Shown: positions 37,597 through 47,559 of the stretch, in pieces
Layout: the number at the start of each line of letters is the position of its first letter
Numbering within the stretch: position 1 is the first letter of the stretch
From: Chloroflexota bacterium
GTDB taxonomy: Bacteria; Chloroflexota; Dehalococcoidia; Lucifugimonadales; UBA3495
Assembly: GCA_028873965.1 (NCBI GenBank)
Contig: JAPPMU010000024.1
Coordinates: 231,154 to 295,153 of the forward strand
Length of the DNA stretch: 64,000 nucleotides
Direction: 5' to 3'
The notes under the pieces: model-generated
The model's input: the letters and a program-made list of their open reading frames with translations, nothing else
Databases searched by the model: none
What the model was told of the DNA's origin: nothing
Position numbers and translations under genes: made by a program

Positions 37597-38399
37597 GGCG
37601 CGGCGTCTCCTTCAATTTCATTTTCTTCGCCGTTCCTCCGGCGGAGCAGTTCCCGCAGCCTTTCGACTTCCGCAATGGCAGTGTCGCGCTCTTCTCGGGC
37701 CGCGTCCCGCTGATCCCGGACCGCAACTGCATACGCTTGTACTGCCCGCCAGTTCCGGTCGTATGCTTGGGTGGCCGGGTCATACACCCGAGGCCAGCCG
37801 TCATCCCAGCACAGGCTGATACCCAGCAGCGGGCTGTACACCTTCAAGATGCCGTCCGGTTCGCGGGTTTGCGGGAACTCTCGATAGCTTCCGTCGGCCA
37901 ATTCGCCGCCCCATATCGGCTGCCCGTAATACCGCCCGCCGGTGGGGTCAAAGTGCCAAAATTCACGAACACCGATGGCGGCGTAGATGGCGGGTTTACG
38001 GTTGACGTCTGCGCTGGCGGTACTCTCGGAGGCGATTTCCATAGCCCAGTCGGGCGGCTTTCCCACTTCCCACGGCAGGTAGATTTTGCGGGGTCGAATC
38101 GCTGCGGCGTCCACACCGAAAGCCAGGTACACGTCCGGCGCGATGCGCACGTTCAGGTTGCTCGGGTCGTAGCAGATGAAGGTTTCATTATCCAGAAATA
38201 CGTCGGGACGCTGGTTGAAATCAGTGAAACGGGCGCGGAAGAGGCCAAGGATTTCCGCCAGTTCGAGGTTCTGTTCCATGGCGTCGAGAGTCACATTCTT
38301 CTCATTCGGATCGAATTCCAGGCTGGCGTAGTCGATCTCCCCACCACGGCGGTAGGGCAGCATCGGGATGTCAGCGGGTGTTTTGGGGGTTGCCATCAT
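37590..38399 (-). CDS. Uma2 family endonuclease with C-terminal coiled coil
   Basis: Contains IAPDVYLAFGV...PPDWAMEIASESTAS...GVREFWHFDP. The ATGATG start at 38399 follows GGAGG. The longer track ORF would overlap the divergent GMC gene. Confidence 0.8.
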   Translation of the reverse strand: MMATPKTPADIPMLPYRRGGEIDYASLEFDPNEKNVTLDAMEQNLELAEILGLFRARFTDFNQRPDVFLDNETFICYDPSNLNVRIAPDVYLAFGVDAAAIRPRKIYLPWEVGKPPDWAMEIASESTASADVNRKPAIYAAIGVREFWHFDPTGGRYYGQPIWGGELADGSYREFPQTREPDGILKVYSPLLGISLCWDDGWPRVYDPATQAYDRNWRAVQAYAVAVRDQRDAAREERDTAIAEVERLRELLRRRNGEENEIEGDAAPC

Positions 38400-38472
38400 C
38401 AACCTCCGGTCAGTTCTTGTCGGTGCGATAGTGTAGAATCGCCCATCCCAAACCGCAAGCGAGGGCATTGTC

Positions 38473-40008
38473 ATGAAGTACGACGTGATCGTCGTCGGCT
38501 CCGGTTCTGCGGGGTCCGTGGTTGCCAGCCGCCTGTCCGAAGACCCCAGCCGTTCCGTCCTGCTGCTGGAGGCCGGCCAGGACTATCCCAACGCGGACCA
38601 TCTGCCCGACGTGGTCCGCGATGGCTACTCCAACGAGGGTGAACAGCCCGGCTCGCCAGTTTCCTGGAATCTGCACGGGACCATCAACGAGCAGCAGGGC
38701 GAGATCAACATCGCCCAGGGTAAGGTCATCGGCGGTTCCGGCTCCATCAACGGCCAGGTGTACCTGCGCGGCCTGCCCGAGGACTTCGAGCGGTGGGAAT
38801 CCTTCGGCAATGAGGAGTGGTCATACCTGAAGGTCCTGCCCTTCTTCCGCAAAGCCGAGACCGACCTGGACATCCAGGACGACTTCCACGGCAGCGACGG
38901 CCCGATTCCCATCATCCGCCGGGAGAACCAGCCGTGGCCCGACGTGCAAAAAGCGTTCCACGCCGCCGCCATGGAACGCGGCTACTCATACAACGCCGAC
39001 CTCAACGGACCCGACTCTGCGGGCATTGGCGCCATTCCCATGAACAACCAGGCCGGCGTCCGCATGAGCACCGCCATCACCCACCTCAACCCGGTGCGCC
39101 ACCGTCTGAACCTCACCGTCAAGGGCAACGTTTTCGTCCGCCGCGTGCTGTTCGACGGCAACGAGGTCTCCGGCGTCGAGGTGGAGAGCAGCGGCGAGAT
39201 ATTCACCGTCGAGTGTGACCAGGTAGTGCTCAGCGCCGGCGCGCTGAAATCGCCCCACATCATGATGCTGTCCGGCATTGGCCCGCGAGATCAACTCCGG
39301 CAGTTCGGCATCCCGGTCATCCACGAATTGCCCGGCGTCGGCCAGAACCTCTTCAACCACCCCATGGGCAACGTTTCCTTCCGGGTCAAGGATCACGTCC
39401 AACTGCACGCCAACGCCGGCGCCCTGCGCTTCGGACTCCGCGTGACCTCAGAGGAACCGTCGTATCCCAACGACGTAATGCTGCATACCCTGGGCGTGTT
39501 CAACGTCATGACCGGCGAGCATCTGCCCGACCGCATTGCCCGCATCGCCTGCGCCCTGGAACTGCCCGACGGCTCCGGCTGGGTGCGACTGGCCTCCTCC
39601 GACCCCACGGAGCAGCCAGAGATCAACTATCGCTACCTGCACAACGATAACGACATGCGCCGCATGCGCGACGCCGTGCGCCTGGCCGCAGACATGCTGG
39701 AGTCGGAGGCCTACCGCGACGTGATCGACCACCGCACCGCCCCCGCGGATGACGTGCTATCCGACAACGACGCTCTGGACGCCTGGATCCGCCAGACCGT
39801 CGGCACCTCCCGCCACGTCTCCGGCACCTGTCGCATCGGCCCCGACGGCGACCCCATGGCCGTAACGGATCAGCAGTGCCGCGTCCGCGGTGTGCAGGGC
39901 CTCTGGGTCGCCGACTCGTCAATCATGCCCCAGGTAACCCGCGCCAACACCAACGCCACCGCTATCATGATCGGCGAGCGCGTCGCCGACTGGATAGCGG
40001 GGTCATAG
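38473..40008 (+). CDS. GMC family oxidoreductase (choline dehydrogenase-like)
   Basis: MKYDVIVVGSGSAGSVVASRLSED...LLLEAG is an FAD Rossmann motif. The C-terminus is GMC-like. Confidence 0.92.
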   Translation: MKYDVIVVGSGSAGSVVASRLSEDPSRSVLLLEAGQDYPNADHLPDVVRDGYSNEGEQPGSPVSWNLHGTINEQQGEINIAQGKVIGGSGSINGQVYLRGLPEDFERWESFGNEEWSYLKVLPFFRKAETDLDIQDDFHGSDGPIPIIRRENQPWPDVQKAFHAAAMERGYSYNADLNGPDSAGIGAIPMNNQAGVRMSTAITHLNPVRHRLNLTVKGNVFVRRVLFDGNEVSGVEVESSGEIFTVECDQVVLSAGALKSPHIMMLSGIGPRDQLRQFGIPVIHELPGVGQNLFNHPMGNVSFRVKDHVQLHANAGALRFGLRVTSEEPSYPNDVMLHTLGVFNVMTGEHLPDRIARIACALELPDGSGWVRLASSDPTEQPEINYRYLHNDNDMRRMRDAVRLAADMLESEAYRDVIDHRTAPADDVLSDNDALDAWIRQTVGTSRHVSGTCRIGPDGDPMAVTDQQCRVRGVQGLWVADSSIMPQVTRANTNATAIMIGERVADWIAGS

Positions 40009-40052
40009 CATCCGTGCTAACATACCAATCACAACCACGGTGACAGGTATTT

Positions 40053-40328
40053 ATGGATCCGCAAACTTACGCGCTGATTGGCGTATCCGTTACGCTTGGG
40101 CTGTTTCTGCTGGGCGGTGCCTTCGGGCTCGGCAGGCTGTTCCAGCGTGTAGAGTCACTGGACCGGCGCGTGGATACGCTGTCGGACGAAGTCAGGCAAC
40201 TGACTACCGAAGTTCGGAAACTGACCGGCGAAGTTCGACGAACCAACGAGACCGTCGTGGCTTTGGCGAACCACCGGCATGACGTCGATGGCAACACTGT
40301 GTTCACCTTGCCAGGCGGCGGCGACTAG
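40053..40328 (+). CDS. small membrane-anchored coiled-coil protein
   Basis: An N-terminal TM segment (ALIGVSVTLGLFLLGGAFGL) is followed by heptad repeats. Confidence 0.4.
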   Translation: MDPQTYALIGVSVTLGLFLLGGAFGLGRLFQRVESLDRRVDTLSDEVRQLTTEVRKLTGEVRRTNETVVALANHRHDVDGNTVFTLPGGGD

Positions 40329-40414
40329 ACCGTCAACGTTCCGACCGCTGGCGGAAACGTTCCAACGGCCATTGGCTTTTTTGTGCCAATGGCCGTTACT
40401 GCTACACTCCCAGC

Positions 40415-41815
40415 CTAAACCGGTGGCCACAGGCTGTGCTCCGTCGCCCGCTCGTAGGCGTCGCCCACCTGCACCAGCAGCGGCTCTGCCAGGTGCCGGC
40501 CCACAAACTGGATGCTCAGCGGCAACCCCTCGCTGTTCAGCCCCGCCGGTAGCGAGATTGTCGGCGCACCGTTGAAATCGTAGGGTATGGTAAACCGACC
40601 CCACGTCCACTCGTCATCGCCCATCGGCCCATACAGTTCCTCCGGCGTTACCCGACCGGGCGGCGTGGTCATGGATGGGCACACCAGCACGTCGATGCCC
40701 GTGAAGATGCCGGCCAGGACGCCATTGCATTCCATCCGCACCAGGTTGGCGGCGGCGTAGTCAACCGCCGTGTACTTACATCCCAGTTCCAGCCACCCGC
40801 GGAACCAGGGGCCGTAGTCGTCAGCGCGGGAGGGGTAGGTGTCTATATGGGCATTAGCCGCTTCGGCCGCGCACAGCACGCCCCAGGCCAGGGAATAGGG
40901 CAGGATGTCGGGCATCCGCACGGGCACAAGGACGGCGCCCATGCTTTCCAGCAGGCGCGCGCCGGCCATGACGGCCGCGGCGACTTCCGCATCAACGTCG
41001 TCGCCGCTGATGTATTCCTCATCTACGCCGATACGGACGCCGGCGACACCCTGACCCAAGCCGGCCAGCATATCGGGAACCGGAGCGCGCAGCGAAGTGG
41101 GGTCATTGGAGTCGTGGCCAGCCAAGGCTTGCAGCATGATCCCGGCGTCCGCCGCGCTGCGGGTCATGGGGCCCACGTGGTCCAGCGACTCCGCCAGCGC
41201 CAGCACTCCGTATCGGCTCACCCGACCCCACGTCGGCTTGATGCCCACCGTGCCGCACGCCGCCGCCGGAAAACGGATCGACCCGCCGGTGTCGCTGCCC
41301 AGCGAGCCGTAGCACAGGCCCGCCGCCGTGGCCACGCCCGAGCCGCTGGAAGACGCCCCGGCCCATCGGTCGGCGCCCCACGGGTTGATCGGAATGTCGA
41401 AGGCCGGGTTGTACCCCGCCATCGCCCCTTCGGTGAGGTTCAGCTTGCCCAGGATGACCGCGCCGGCGTCGTTAAGCTTGCTCACCACGGTGCTGTCAAA
41501 ATCGGGTACCAGGTCCCACAGGACTTGGGCGCCGCCCATGGTGGCGACGCCGGCGGTGAAGCACAGGTCCTTAACCGCGACGGGTACACCGTGCAACGGT
41601 CCCCGGTAGCGTCCGGCAACAATCTCCTGCTCTGCCGTGCGCGCCGCCGCCATCGCCAGCTCGGCCATGACGGTGGCGTAGCTCTTCAGTTCACCGTCCA
41701 GCGCGGCGATCCGATTCAGTTGGGCCTCCGTCAGTTCAACGGGCGAAATCTCCCGCGACCGGATCCTTTCCGCCACTTCCGTGATGGTCTGATAGTGCAG
41801 CAGCGCTTCCGCCAT
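40415..41815 (-). CDS. amidase (amidase-signature family)
   Basis: Contains GGSSSGSGVATAAGL...GSDTGGSIRFPA, the amidase signature. Confidence 0.9.
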   Translation of the reverse strand: MAEALLHYQTITEVAERIRSREISPVELTEAQLNRIAALDGELKSYATVMAELAMAAARTAEQEIVAGRYRGPLHGVPVAVKDLCFTAGVATMGGAQVLWDLVPDFDSTVVSKLNDAGAVILGKLNLTEGAMAGYNPAFDIPINPWGADRWAGASSSGSGVATAAGLCYGSLGSDTGGSIRFPAAACGTVGIKPTWGRVSRYGVLALAESLDHVGPMTRSAADAGIMLQALAGHDSNDPTSLRAPVPDMLAGLGQGVAGVRIGVDEEYISGDDVDAEVAAAVMAGARLLESMGAVLVPVRMPDILPYSLAWGVLCAAEAANAHIDTYPSRADDYGPWFRGWLELGCKYTAVDYAAANLVRMECNGVLAGIFTGIDVLVCPSMTTPPGRVTPEELYGPMGDDEWTWGRFTIPYDFNGAPTISLPAGLNSEGLPLSIQFVGRHLAEPLLVQVGDAYERATEHSLWPPV

Positions 41816-41832
41816 GGCAGAGCTCCTTCAGG

Positions 41833-42228
41833 CTAGGCCGCGGGCTGCACCAGCTCGATCAGCACGTCGTCCGGACCCTCGATGTACGACAGCTTCGATC
41901 CGGTGGGCGTCTCGGTGATGGGCAGCACCGTGCGTATGCCGGCGGCGGTGAGCCGTTCCATCTCCGCCTCGATGTCCTCCACGTCGAACCCGAAGTGCTC
42001 CAGCCCCAATCGGTTCAGTTCCGCGACGGCGCGCTCATCGGACGATCCCGGCGGTTTCGACGACACGTTGAGCCGGCAGGCCCCGCCCATCTCCATGCCG
42101 ATGGTGATGGTGCGCGGCATCACCTCACGCTCGGAAACGATGCGCGCGTTGAAGTGCTTCTCGTACCACGCCGCCGTGGCGTGGGGGTCCGCAGCGCGGA
42201 TGTGCACGTGGTTGATGCGGTATTCCAT
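41833..42228 (-). CDS. VOC (glyoxalase/bleomycin resistance) family protein
   Basis: Contains INHVHIRAADP...GLEHFGFDVEDI...YIEGPDDVLIELV. Confidence 0.85.
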   Translation of the reverse strand: MEYRINHVHIRAADPHATAAWYEKHFNARIVSEREVMPRTITIGMEMGGACRLNVSSKPPGSSDERAVAELNRLGLEHFGFDVEDIEAEMERLTAAGIRTVLPITETPTGSKLSYIEGPDDVLIELVQPAA

Positions 42229-42259
42229 GGTTGCTCTCCTGAGTTGTGTAAGGAGCCAA

Positions 42260-42817
42260 TTAATACGCGAAGATGTCGCTCACCGGGCAGGCGAACCCCG
42301 GCAGCACCGGCTCACAAGTCAACGTATCGTTGACGCCAAAGCGTTGAATTGAACCATCGTCGCTATAAACGACTATCTCTTGCGTGGCTATGTAAGCCGT
42401 CAGCGCCAACCGCACTCCTGCCTCCAACCACATCAAGGCCCTGGCTTCCGCCTCAGCCTCGCCGTACCCAGGCGAAATTACCTCCACCACCAAATCGGGA
42501 ACCAGGCCGGCGACATAACCGCGCTCCGGCAGTGGTTCGGCGATGCGCTGGCGGGCGATGATGGCATAGTCGGCGGTGCGCACGGTGTCCGGGTTTTGCT
42601 CGACGTAGATTCCGGTTCCCGACGTGCTCACGAAGGGGAGGGAATTTTGCCTGATGAACGTGCCGATAAGCCAGCCGATGTTGTCAACGACAATTCCGTG
42701 GGCAAATCCCGATGGCGGCATTTCAATCAACTCCCCCCGAACCAGCTCGTAGCGCTTGCCGTCGTCGGGTATTGCCAGCAAGTCGTCGGCAGTGAGCAAT
42801 TTGGGAGCAGTAGTCAT
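42260..42817 (-). CDS. Uma2 family endonuclease
   Basis: ATG 42817 after GGAGGC. Contains LLTADDLLAIPDDGKRYELVRGELIEMPP...PDLVVEVISP. Confidence 0.8.
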   Translation of the reverse strand: MTTAPKLLTADDLLAIPDDGKRYELVRGELIEMPPSGFAHGIVVDNIGWLIGTFIRQNSLPFVSTSGTGIYVEQNPDTVRTADYAIIARQRIAEPLPERGYVAGLVPDLVVEVISPGYGEAEAEARALMWLEAGVRLALTAYIATQEIVVYSDDGSIQRFGVNDTLTCEPVLPGFACPVSDIFAY

Positions 42818-42900
42818 CGCAGCCTCCAATCCCATCGTTCTCGCTTGCGCCGGGGCGCATAGTATAGCGCACCAGTCCCCCAGCTTCGCGTTCCTCATGC

Positions 42901-43023
42901 GTACCCAGTTTGTCATCGCGAGGAGCGCAGCGACGTGGCGATCTCGTTGCTGAAAGAGACTCCGTTGCCATCACGAGATTGCCATATTTCGCTCGCAATG
43001 ACGGTTCGTGTGAAACTGGGTAC
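42901..43023. repeat. MITE-like element with perfect 11-bp terminal inverted repeats (GTACCCAGTTT / AAACTGGGTAC)
   Basis: TIRs read directly. The internal arms GTCATCGCGAGGAGCGCAGCGACGTGGCGATCTCG and (reverse complement) GTCATTGCGAGCGAAATATGGCAATCTCG form a long imperfect palindrome. Confidence 0.75.
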
Positions 43024-43117
43024 TCTTGAGATTCGAGTTCCAGTTGCTCCCGTACAGCCCCGTTGCTACACTGGCCCAACCTCAACCGCAAGCCAACCGC
43101 GAGTACAGGAGAGAACC

Positions 43118-43735
43118 ATGATCTACGAAGTCCGCACCTATGACCTCAAGCCCGGCGGCGTCCCTCAGGCGGAGGAAGCCTTCGCCGAGGCGCTGCCCCA
43201 CCGCGAGAAGTACTCACCCATCGCCGCCTTTTGGCACACCGAGATCGGCCCGCTGAACCAGATAATCCACGTCTGGGGCTACGAAAGTGTCGAAGAGCGC
43301 AACCGCATCCGTGCCGAGGCCGGCAAGGACCCCAACTGGCCGCCGAAGATCACCCCTGGCAACATCCTCAACATGAACGCCGAGATCTGGAACCCCGCTC
43401 CCTTCATGCGGCCCATGGGCGGCGACCAGGCCCTGGGCAACATCTACGAGATGCGGGTTTACACCTACGAGAACGGCTCCATGCCCGAACTGCTGCGCCG
43501 CTGGGAAGAGTCCCTGCCCTACCGTGAGGAGTTCTCCCCGCTGGCCGCCGGCATGTTCACCGAGTTCGGCGACCTGAACAAGTGGATGCACGTCTGGCCC
43601 TACCAGGACCTGAACCACCGCGCCGAGGTCCGCGCCGCCGCCAGCCAGATCCCCCAGTGGCCCTCCGGCGCCCCCGGCCGCGTCAGCCAGGAAAACAAGA
43701 TCATGATCCCGGCCAGCTTCTCGCCGATGCACTGA
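43118..43735 (+). CDS. NIPSNAP family protein (two NIPSNAP repeats)
   Basis: Contains MIYEVRTYDLKPG...IHVWGYESVEERNRIR and IYEMRVYTY...MHVWPYQDLNHRAEVR. Confidence 0.85.
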   Translation: MIYEVRTYDLKPGGVPQAEEAFAEALPHREKYSPIAAFWHTEIGPLNQIIHVWGYESVEERNRIRAEAGKDPNWPPKITPGNILNMNAEIWNPAPFMRPMGGDQALGNIYEMRVYTYENGSMPELLRRWEESLPYREEFSPLAAGMFTEFGDLNKWMHVWPYQDLNHRAEVRAAASQIPQWPSGAPGRVSQENKIMIPASFSPMH

Positions 43736-43751
43736 CGACCAACACCTTATA

Positions 43752-43781
43752 TCCGTCATTCCCGCGAAAGCGGGAATCCAG
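43752..43781. repeat. hairpin repeat unit CCGTCATTCCCGCGAAAGCGGGAATCCAGC
   Basis: Same unit type as at 36938-36964 and 60271-60297, with a GAAA tetraloop stem. Confidence 0.6.
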
Positions 43782-43796
43782 CAAAAAGCGCAACCA

Positions 43797-44513
43797 GTGA
43801 ACGACCGGCGCGCGCAAGACTTGACGCAGTTTTACGAGTTGCTGACCCAACTGGAACGCAAGCTCGACGGCGCGCGCCGGCTATCGAAGTGCAAGGGCAA
43901 AATGGGCTGGCCGCAACGGGGCGTCTATTTCTTCCGGGAGGCGGGAGAGTGCCGCACTGAAACCGGAGACGGACCGCGCATCGTGCGGGTGGGAACCCAC
44001 GCGCTGAAAGCCGGCGGCAAAACTACGCTTTGGAATCGGCTTTCGCAGCATAGGGGCAATGCCAATGGCGACGGAGGCAATCATCGTGGTTCGATTTTCC
44101 GATTGATTACCGGCACTGCCCTGGTGGAGCGGGACGGCCTGGCCCGCTCATCTTGGGGAATAGGCAACAATGCGCCCAGGGAGGTCAAACTGGGAGAGCG
44201 CCCTTTAGAGCAGAAAGTCAGCGCCGTCATCGGCGCTATGCCCTTCCTGTGGCTGGCCGTGGACGACGAGCCGGGACCAAATAGTTTGCGGGGCCATATC
44301 GAGCGCAACGCCATCGCGCTGCTCAGCAACTACGGGCGTCAGCCGATTGATCCACCATCTACAGAGTGGTTAGGCCGTTACTCTGACCGTGAGAGAGTTC
44401 GGCAGTCTGGGCTTTGGAACTCAAACCACGTTGATGACGACTATGACCCCGCATTTCTGTGTGCATTGCAGCAGCAAATCGACAAAATGGGACAAGCACA
44501 GTATGGACAATAG
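43797..44513 (+). CDS. GIY-YIG-like nuclease superfamily protein
   Basis: GVYFFREAGE...IVRVGTHALKAGGKTTLWNRLSQHRGN...NHRGSIFRLITGTAL...ERNAIALLS fits the GIY-YIG core pattern recalled from standalone GIY-YIG proteins. Confidence 0.55.
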   Translation: MNDRRAQDLTQFYELLTQLERKLDGARRLSKCKGKMGWPQRGVYFFREAGECRTETGDGPRIVRVGTHALKAGGKTTLWNRLSQHRGNANGDGGNHRGSIFRLITGTALVERDGLARSSWGIGNNAPREVKLGERPLEQKVSAVIGAMPFLWLAVDDEPGPNSLRGHIERNAIALLSNYGRQPIDPPSTEWLGRYSDRERVRQSGLWNSNHVDDDYDPAFLCALQQQIDKMGQAQYGQ

Positions 44514-45168
44514 CATTGTCGTCATCCAGTGCGCCGGCCGCAAACAGCCGACCGCCGGCCATCTTCAAAACCACGATGGGCGCAAGGTGATGTTCGTTGC
44601 CAAGCCCGACGAGGCTCCAAAGGGTGCGCCGTATGCCTACGCTCATCCTGATGGCGTCGACGCCTTCGGCGAGTCATGGCGTGAAAAACTGTTGCAGTAC
44701 AACCGTGAACCGACAGACAACCCGCTGGGACTGTTGCCGGCCTGGCAGCTCTACCAGAATCCAGCCTATGAGCTGCTTTACCGGAAATGCGGGCCGGACA
44801 ACCTTTACATCCTTTCAGCGGGCTGGGGATTAATCCCAGCGGACTTCTTGACTCCGACCTATGACATCACGTTCAGTAGCAGTGCGGAAAAATACCAACG
44901 CCGGTACAAACAGGACCACTATGGCGATTTTCGGATGTTGCCAGATGACACTGCGGAGCCGGTGGTGTTCTTCGGCGGCAAAGACTACGTGGGCCTGTTC
45001 TGCGCACTGACCAGCCGGGTGCAAGCCCCGCGCTGTGTACTTTACAATGCAAACAACGCCCCCAAAGCCCCGGGCTGCCAAACTAAGAAGTTCAATACCA
45101 ACATTAGAACCAATTGGCACTACAAGGCCGCCCAAGCGTACGTAGAGGGGCGCATCGATCTGCAATAA
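44503..45168 (+). CDS. hypothetical protein, DUF6884-like
   Basis: The ATG overlaps the upstream gene by 11 nt. MDNSIVVIQCAGRK...LYILSAGWGLIPADFLTPTYDITF resembles the DUF6884 core (ILSAkyGL..p...i.pYd). Confidence 0.4.
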   Translation: MDNSIVVIQCAGRKQPTAGHLQNHDGRKVMFVAKPDEAPKGAPYAYAHPDGVDAFGESWREKLLQYNREPTDNPLGLLPAWQLYQNPAYELLYRKCGPDNLYILSAGWGLIPADFLTPTYDITFSSSAEKYQRRYKQDHYGDFRMLPDDTAEPVVFFGGKDYVGLFCALTSRVQAPRCVLYNANNAPKAPGCQTKKFNTNIRTNWHYKAAQAYVEGRIDLQ

Positions 45169-45172
45169 CCCC

Positions 45173-45568
45173 ATGCTAGCCACCGACCGCGCATCCGCCA
45201 TCTTCGCCGACGCCCGCGCCGTCCACGCCGACGCGCTGCGGCTGCTGGAGGCCGGCGACATCCGCGACGCCGCCGAAAAGGCATGGTGCGCCACCAAGCG
45301 GGCGACTGATGCGCTGATCATTGCTCGGACGGGCGAGGCGCCTCAATTTTCATCAGACACTTCGCGGGGACTGCTCATGCTGGCTGAAGCCGACGCCGCG
45401 GTCAATCCCTTGATCGGACGCTACTATTCAAGACAAGGCCACTTGCATGGTGAATGCTTCTACCATGGCATCTGCGAGCCTGCTGCTGAAGTGGAGCGGC
45501 GCATCCGCCAAACCGCCGACTACATCAACGACGCCGTCAGGCTAGCCGGATATCCCGACGCATCCTGA
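45173..45568 (+). CDS. PaREP1/HEPN-like protein, tandem paralog 1
   Basis: Contains GDIRDAAEKAWCATKRATDALI...RYYSRQGHLHGECFYHG (PaREP1-type pattern EK.W.A...A; LH..FY). Confidence 0.55.
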   Translation: MLATDRASAIFADARAVHADALRLLEAGDIRDAAEKAWCATKRATDALIIARTGEAPQFSSDTSRGLLMLAEADAAVNPLIGRYYSRQGHLHGECFYHGICEPAAEVERRIRQTADYINDAVRLAGYPDAS

Positions 45569-45587
45569 ACGAAAGAGTGAAGTCCAA

Positions 45588-45983
45588 ATGGTAGCCACCG
45601 ACCGCATATCCGCCACTTTTGCCGACGCCCGCGCCGTCCACGCCGACGCGCTGCGCTTGCTGGAGGCTGGCGACATCCGCGACGCCGCGGAAAAGGCCTG
45701 GTGCGCCACCAAGCGGGCCACCGATGCGCTCATCCTGGCGAGAACGAGCACGGAACCGGAATTTTCGCCAGACACCACGCGCGGTCTGGTCCGACTGGCC
45801 GCGGCCGACAGCGCTGTCAACTCGTTGGTGGGCCGTTATTACTCAAGGCAGGGACATCTACATGGAACCTGTTTTTATTTGGGCGACTGTGAGCCTGTGG
45901 CTGAGGTTCACCGCCGCATCCGCCAGACCGCCGACTACATCAACGACGCCGAGCGATTGGCCGGCTATTCCAACAGCGCCTGA
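45588..45983 (+). CDS. PaREP1/HEPN-like protein, tandem paralog 2
   Basis: 131 aa. Collinear with the previous gene and highly similar to it. Confidence 0.55.
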   Translation: MVATDRISATFADARAVHADALRLLEAGDIRDAAEKAWCATKRATDALILARTSTEPEFSPDTTRGLVRLAAADSAVNSLVGRYYSRQGHLHGTCFYLGDCEPVAEVHRRIRQTADYINDAERLAGYSNSA

Positions 45984-46002
45984 TCAAAAAGGAACTACAA
46001 CC

Positions 46003-47019
46003 ATGAAACTCTTGACCTACGACAACGGCAACGGCCCCCGCTGCGGCGTCCTCCAGGATGACACGGTGGTGGACGTGGCCGCTCTGATCGGCTCCGACCG
46101 CCCGCTGGTCGACGTTCGCGCCCTGCTGGACACCGGCGATGGCGCCGTGGATCGCGTGGGCGACGCCCTGGCCGGCAACGTGGCCGCGCCCACCGTGGCC
46201 CTGGCCGACGTGCGCCTGCGGGCCCCGGTCCTCCAGCCGCCCACCGTGCGGGACTACATCGTCTATGAGGAGCACGCCACGTCCCAGGGCACCCGCCAGA
46301 TCGATCCGGTCTGGTACCGGATGCCGGTGTTCTATTTCTCCAACCCCCTGGTCATCTACGGCCCCGATGAGGACGTTCCCTATCCCGCCGCCTCCGAACA
46401 GCTGGACTACGAGCTGGAAATCGGCTGCATCGTCGGACGGGCCGGAACCAACGTGGCCGCGTCGGAGGCGTTGCAGTACGTCGCCGGCTTCTGCATCTTC
46501 AACGACTGGAGCGCGCGCGACCTGCAATTTGACGAAATGACCTTCGGCCTCGGCCCCGCGAAAGGCAAGGACTCGGCGTCGTCCATCGGCCCGTGGATCG
46601 TCACCACCGACGAGATGATGCCCCACATCAAGGACGGCCGGCTCGACCTCAAGGCTCACGTCCGCGTCAACGGCGACCACTGGCTCCGCGACGGCGAGAC
46701 CATCAATGCCTGGTACAGCTGGGGCGAGATCATCCAGCGTGCCGCCAAGGACAGCCGCATCGCTCCCGGCGACGTCATCGGCAGCGGCACCGTCGGCGGC
46801 GGTTCCGTCCGCGAGTCCATCCGCAAGGGCTACGAGACCTCGCGCTGGCTCGAACCGGGCGACACCGTGGAGCTGGAGGTTGAGAACATCGGCGTCCTGC
46901 GCAACACCCTGGCCCCCAAGGTCGGCGTCGACCCCAACTACCCCTACCTGCCCAACAGCCCGACAGCTACCCCAGAGCGCGGTACCGCCCGCGACTACCG
47001 CTACGAGCGCACGCGGTAG
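46003..47019 (+). CDS. fumarylacetoacetate hydrolase (FAH) family protein
   Basis: Contains DYELEIGCIVG...FCIFNDWSARDLQ...GPAKGKD...GDVIGSGTVGGG. Confidence 0.9.
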   Translation: MKLLTYDNGNGPRCGVLQDDTVVDVAALIGSDRPLVDVRALLDTGDGAVDRVGDALAGNVAAPTVALADVRLRAPVLQPPTVRDYIVYEEHATSQGTRQIDPVWYRMPVFYFSNPLVIYGPDEDVPYPAASEQLDYELEIGCIVGRAGTNVAASEALQYVAGFCIFNDWSARDLQFDEMTFGLGPAKGKDSASSIGPWIVTTDEMMPHIKDGRLDLKAHVRVNGDHWLRDGETINAWYSWGEIIQRAAKDSRIAPGDVIGSGTVGGGSVRESIRKGYETSRWLEPGDTVELEVENIGVLRNTLAPKVGVDPNYPYLPNSPTATPERGTARDYRYERTR

Positions 47020-47037
47020 GTCAGATATCGGGATGCC

Positions 47038-47559
47038 ATGGCTACCTTTGGAGATAACGTCAATCCAGTTGCCATAAAACCTCCGCTACTGCTGGACCAC
47101 ATGGACGGCAAGCTGGGTGTTCTTACGGGCTGGCGGCTGGAACATCGCATACACCGCGATATTCCCGGTATTGCCAGCCGTTGGCTGCGCTTGAACCGTC
47201 TTCGCGTGCTTCAAAGTTTACAGGTCGCTCGGTCCCCGGAATTTCAGGACCTGATTGACGATGCTGAGGAATTCGGCGTCATCACCTTTGATGAGGCCGA
47301 CCATTTGGAGCAAACCGACATCATGTTCTCGGCCCGCCGGCGCTATGACCAGCGGGCCGTTCACGTGGCGGTCTCGTTATTCCGAGACATCGCCAACGAT
47401 GATGTCGTTTTGACCCGGGAACGGGCGGATACCCTGTCCAAGATCATGGATACACCCGCCGTTCCCGTAGTGGTCGGGAGCAACATACCCCCTGACCAAC
47501 AGCAGCTTGCCGACAGCCTCGGCGTGGCGACCATCATCACTCCCAGGCTGGCAATCTAA
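47038..47559 (+). CDS. hypothetical protein; C-terminal domain related to the C-terminus of the 62932..63756 product
   Basis: FDEADHLEQTDIMFSARRRYDQRAVHVAV...RERADTLSKIMDTPAVPVVVGSNIPP compares with YEDLMDADIIIVGQDAAGQRAYAVVEISV...RRARTLARATGDECSAIVVGSEIPP. Confidence 0.45.
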   Translation: MATFGDNVNPVAIKPPLLLDHMDGKLGVLTGWRLEHRIHRDIPGIASRWLRLNRLRVLQSLQVARSPEFQDLIDDAEEFGVITFDEADHLEQTDIMFSARRRYDQRAVHVAVSLFRDIANDDVVLTRERADTLSKIMDTPAVPVVVGSNIPPDQQQLADSLGVATIITPRLAI

